Shown here: one piece after another, positions 61,495 through 64,000 of the stretch
How the letters are laid out: each line of letters begins with the position of its first letter
Position numbering within the stretch: the first letter of the stretch is position 1
Assembly (NCBI RefSeq): GCF_006345805.1
Contig: NW_021831284.1
Span: forward strand, 248,001-312,000
Length of the DNA: 64,000 nt
Direction of reading: 5' to 3'
From: Octopus sinensis
Lineage: Eukaryota
Notes under the pieces: generated by a model
Told to the model about the DNA's origin: nothing
The model's database searches: none
Seen by the model: only the letters and a program-made list of their open reading frames with translations
Made by a program: the position numbers and the translations under genes

Positions 61495-62701
61495 TGTCAC
61501 CGTCCAGATAGGTCGAGGCGCCAGATCGGTTATGTATAAAATTTTTATAAAAACTACCTTTCGGAAGTTATTTTCTTTTTCTGTTCATTCTTTTGTTGAT
61601 TTTAATATTATTTTTGCCAAAATATTGAAGTTACTGGGTTCATAAAAAACCAACATCCAGTCATTTCCAGATAATTACCGTATTAAAAAAAAAAAAAAAT
61701 TACCGTATTGATTTTGCATTTTATTTAAAAACGCTTTAACCAAGGTTAGCCAACAATTCTCAACAATAAAATTTATTAGAAAAATCTATTTTTAATTTTT
61801 AAAAATGTTGTAAATTTCTATTTTTATCATTAAAAAACTCTAAAACACAATCCGGCCTACGGCCGGATGATTCAATGTGAATATTTTTCCCTATGCGGCC
61901 TTCGGCCGCGTCGAATTTGTAACAATGGCACAATTATTTCACAATTGAGTAAATATGACACGAGAAAAAACACAGAACGAACCCCATGAATATTTGCAGT
62001 CAAAGTTTTTTTACTCTGCTAATATGTATCCTTTGATCTTTTTAATCCTCTTCATTAATTATCGTTACGAGTTCTCGATCCTTATTTTTCACAATATATT
62101 TTTGTGCAGATATTTCGTCGTATAATGGGTATTTTCTATAACCCGGGTTTGCATCCCTATCATGCCGTATTAATACTTCATCGCCACTTTTCACTTCATA
62201 TTTCCATTTTCAAAGCCACATCAGTACGTATGGCACCATAAATTGTGAGTGTCAATAAACTGTACAACCTATCACGTCCAAAGTGATTAAGATTGTGTTG
62301 AACCTAATTTAAATAGACAAATATACTACTTCAATGAATTTTAACTTAAGTTCAGCGTCTTCGATACAAAAGAAACGCAACTTTGAGCCATTTTTAGAAA
62401 TGTAGGTGTTGTTCTCCTTGAAACTAAATTTTTTGCCCTTTCTTCCGAACTCAAGGAATTATCAAGGTGGCCTGATTCCAAATACTCCCTAATTTTTTCG
62501 AGGGTGTCTCGAGTTAATTCAACTAAAACCATTGATTAATGCTAATCTTTTCAACTTTTTAGAACTTTTTTATTAATAAGATTTTATTTTTTTATTATCA
62601 ATATTTTTTTGCAATGAAATGTTTTGTAGGAAAAATATTTGTTTTGTATTTAGATAATTGACCTGACCGATCTGGCGCCCCGGCCGGTCTGGACGGTGAC
62701 A
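61495..62701 (-). mobile_element. second internally deleted Ginger2/TDD-like integrase TIR transposon
   Basis: TIR tgtcaccgtccaga..gg.cg.ggcgccagatcggt at both ends; exact 5-bp TSD TTAAA; HFGRDRLYSL integrase Zn region and GDEVLIRHDRDANPGYRKYPLYD..HISRVKK. Confidence 0.9.
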
Positions 62702-63299
62702 TTAAATATAAAGGTGTTAAAACTGATACGGGAAGAGACAAAGAATATACGAGATGAGAATTGAGGCTATTCTCAAAGCATCAAGCTTGTCGTGTGGCAC
62801 ATAAGTCTCTGTCTCTCATGAACCCAAAACAGATAATTATATTCTTAAAATTTTCAACTTACTGAAATCTAAGAAGATGCCATTACGGATCCCCAAACAG
62901 GCTCGGATCTCTGCGGCAAACTGTTTGTGCGATTTCATCATGATGTGTTAAGCTCCGGGAGGACCCTTCTTGGATCCGTCTTCTTTCATTTGCACCTTGT
63001 GTCTTTGGGCAACCAATTTAAAGTTCTGTACAAAAGCAGAGTTTCTCTGTAGCCATTAAGTCGAACTCTGCGAGATTGGATGTTTCATGGATTGACTGCG
63101 ATTGTGAAGCAAGCAGTTACCAAACGTCCATTAAGGAAAAATGGTTTAAAACCCATGTCAGTCGTAAACACATGGATCTTTTTTTTACCAATTCAGTGAT
63201 AAACATACTTCCGAGACTTTGGAACATCTCAAAAACAAACATCCGATGCTCCAAGCAGACTTACGAAAGTTTCCCACGCAAAACAATGGTCTTGTAAAT

Positions 63300-63860
63300 T
63301 TCTGAGGATGAAATTTTGGAAGAAATTTGTTCTTTTAGACCAAGTAGCAATGGGGGAATTGAAGCTCTCTGGCAAAGTCATAAAAAGGAAATTACTTGTC
63401 AATTGTTTATGGGAGCTGGAATCTGCCTGATCAAGTGTATTACGAAACTTATCAAACGGATCGTCAATGCTTTGATGTCACCTTGGATGAGTTATCTAAA
63501 GTTGTTCATGGTCTGGAAAAAATGGAGCTGATAGTCAACAACAAAAAATCTGAGATCATAAATTTCTTAGTTCCAACATACAACTTTAGCTTAGTAATAA
63601 AAAATATTACAAAACAAACAGATTTTAATGATGTTAATTTTCCCGGGTGTCCTTTCGGGAATTCCGAATTGCAAAAGCATCTCCAAGCTAAGAGTGTCGA
63701 AATTTACCGTTTTTCTGCCGTCTCTCTCTACTTGACTCTCGCATGGCCTTTTTTCCCTCAAAAAACTATTATATTTGCTGAGGTCTCTCCCTGCTATATA
63801 CAAGATGAATTATTGTTTGCTGGAATAGCTTTGATTCTATGGGTTTTTGTGTCATAGAAA
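63300..63860 (+). mobile_element. degraded CRE RT fragment
   Basis: GLEKMELIVNNKKSEI..DVNFPGCPFG aligns by eye to LRIGLEINPTKSEL..DLRILGSPI. Confidence 0.6.
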
Positions 63861-64000
63861 ACCCACTTGGGCACAATCGTAGAGGAAGACAGTTGACCTC
63901 CTTTCTACAAGATGTGACAAAAATGTTCAATCATTCTTATTTCAGAAGACACGATGAGATTTTTAAATGCTTAAATTTGCAGTTGTGCAGGAAATTTAGA
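63860..64000 (+). mobile_element. R4/Dong-like remnant, runs off the window
   Basis: Resembles ..RRHNEVVRCLHLNLCRK (agaagacacgatgagatttttaaatgcttaaatttgcagttgtgcagg). Confidence 0.6.

Noticed and set aside
1-64000. Genome-wide UGA-to-Trp reassignment
   Set aside because: Conserved Trp positions in EXOSC10, ferroportin, tetraspanin and TEs use TGG. Only one suggestive site exists (STX18), kept as a separate finding.

Overview
AT-rich eukaryotic nuclear DNA, not prokaryotic, and mostly transposon debris. It carries a few compact host genes with very short GT-AG introns (many 24-30 nt): syntaxin-18-like (disrupted), ferroportin/SLC40A1, DHRS7B-like SDR, tetraspanin, EXOSC10/RRP6, an ankyrin (ANKLE2-like) fragment and several unidentified genes. 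RNA features are one tRNA-Leu(AAG), a decayed 28S rRNA fragment and a probable tRNA-derived SINE. Mobile elements include nine CRE-clade RT-RLE retroelement loci (one almost intact, with a PHD finger in an overlapping frame), R4/Dong-like, I/Jockey-like and RTE LINEs, hAT (Buster/Charlie), Tigger/pogo, Tc1/IS630-like elements, Helitrons and Helentron/DINE-like elements with internal tandem arrays. The best candidate for an under-described system is a family of integrase-encoding DNA transposons with TGTCACCG-terminated TIRs and exact 5-bp TSDs, seen as two divergent copies (26542-28374, 61495-62701). The host may be a compact-intron parasitic animal such as a dicyemid (inference only). All assignments come from manual motif recognition with no database search; many indels lie in homopolymers and may be assembly errors.
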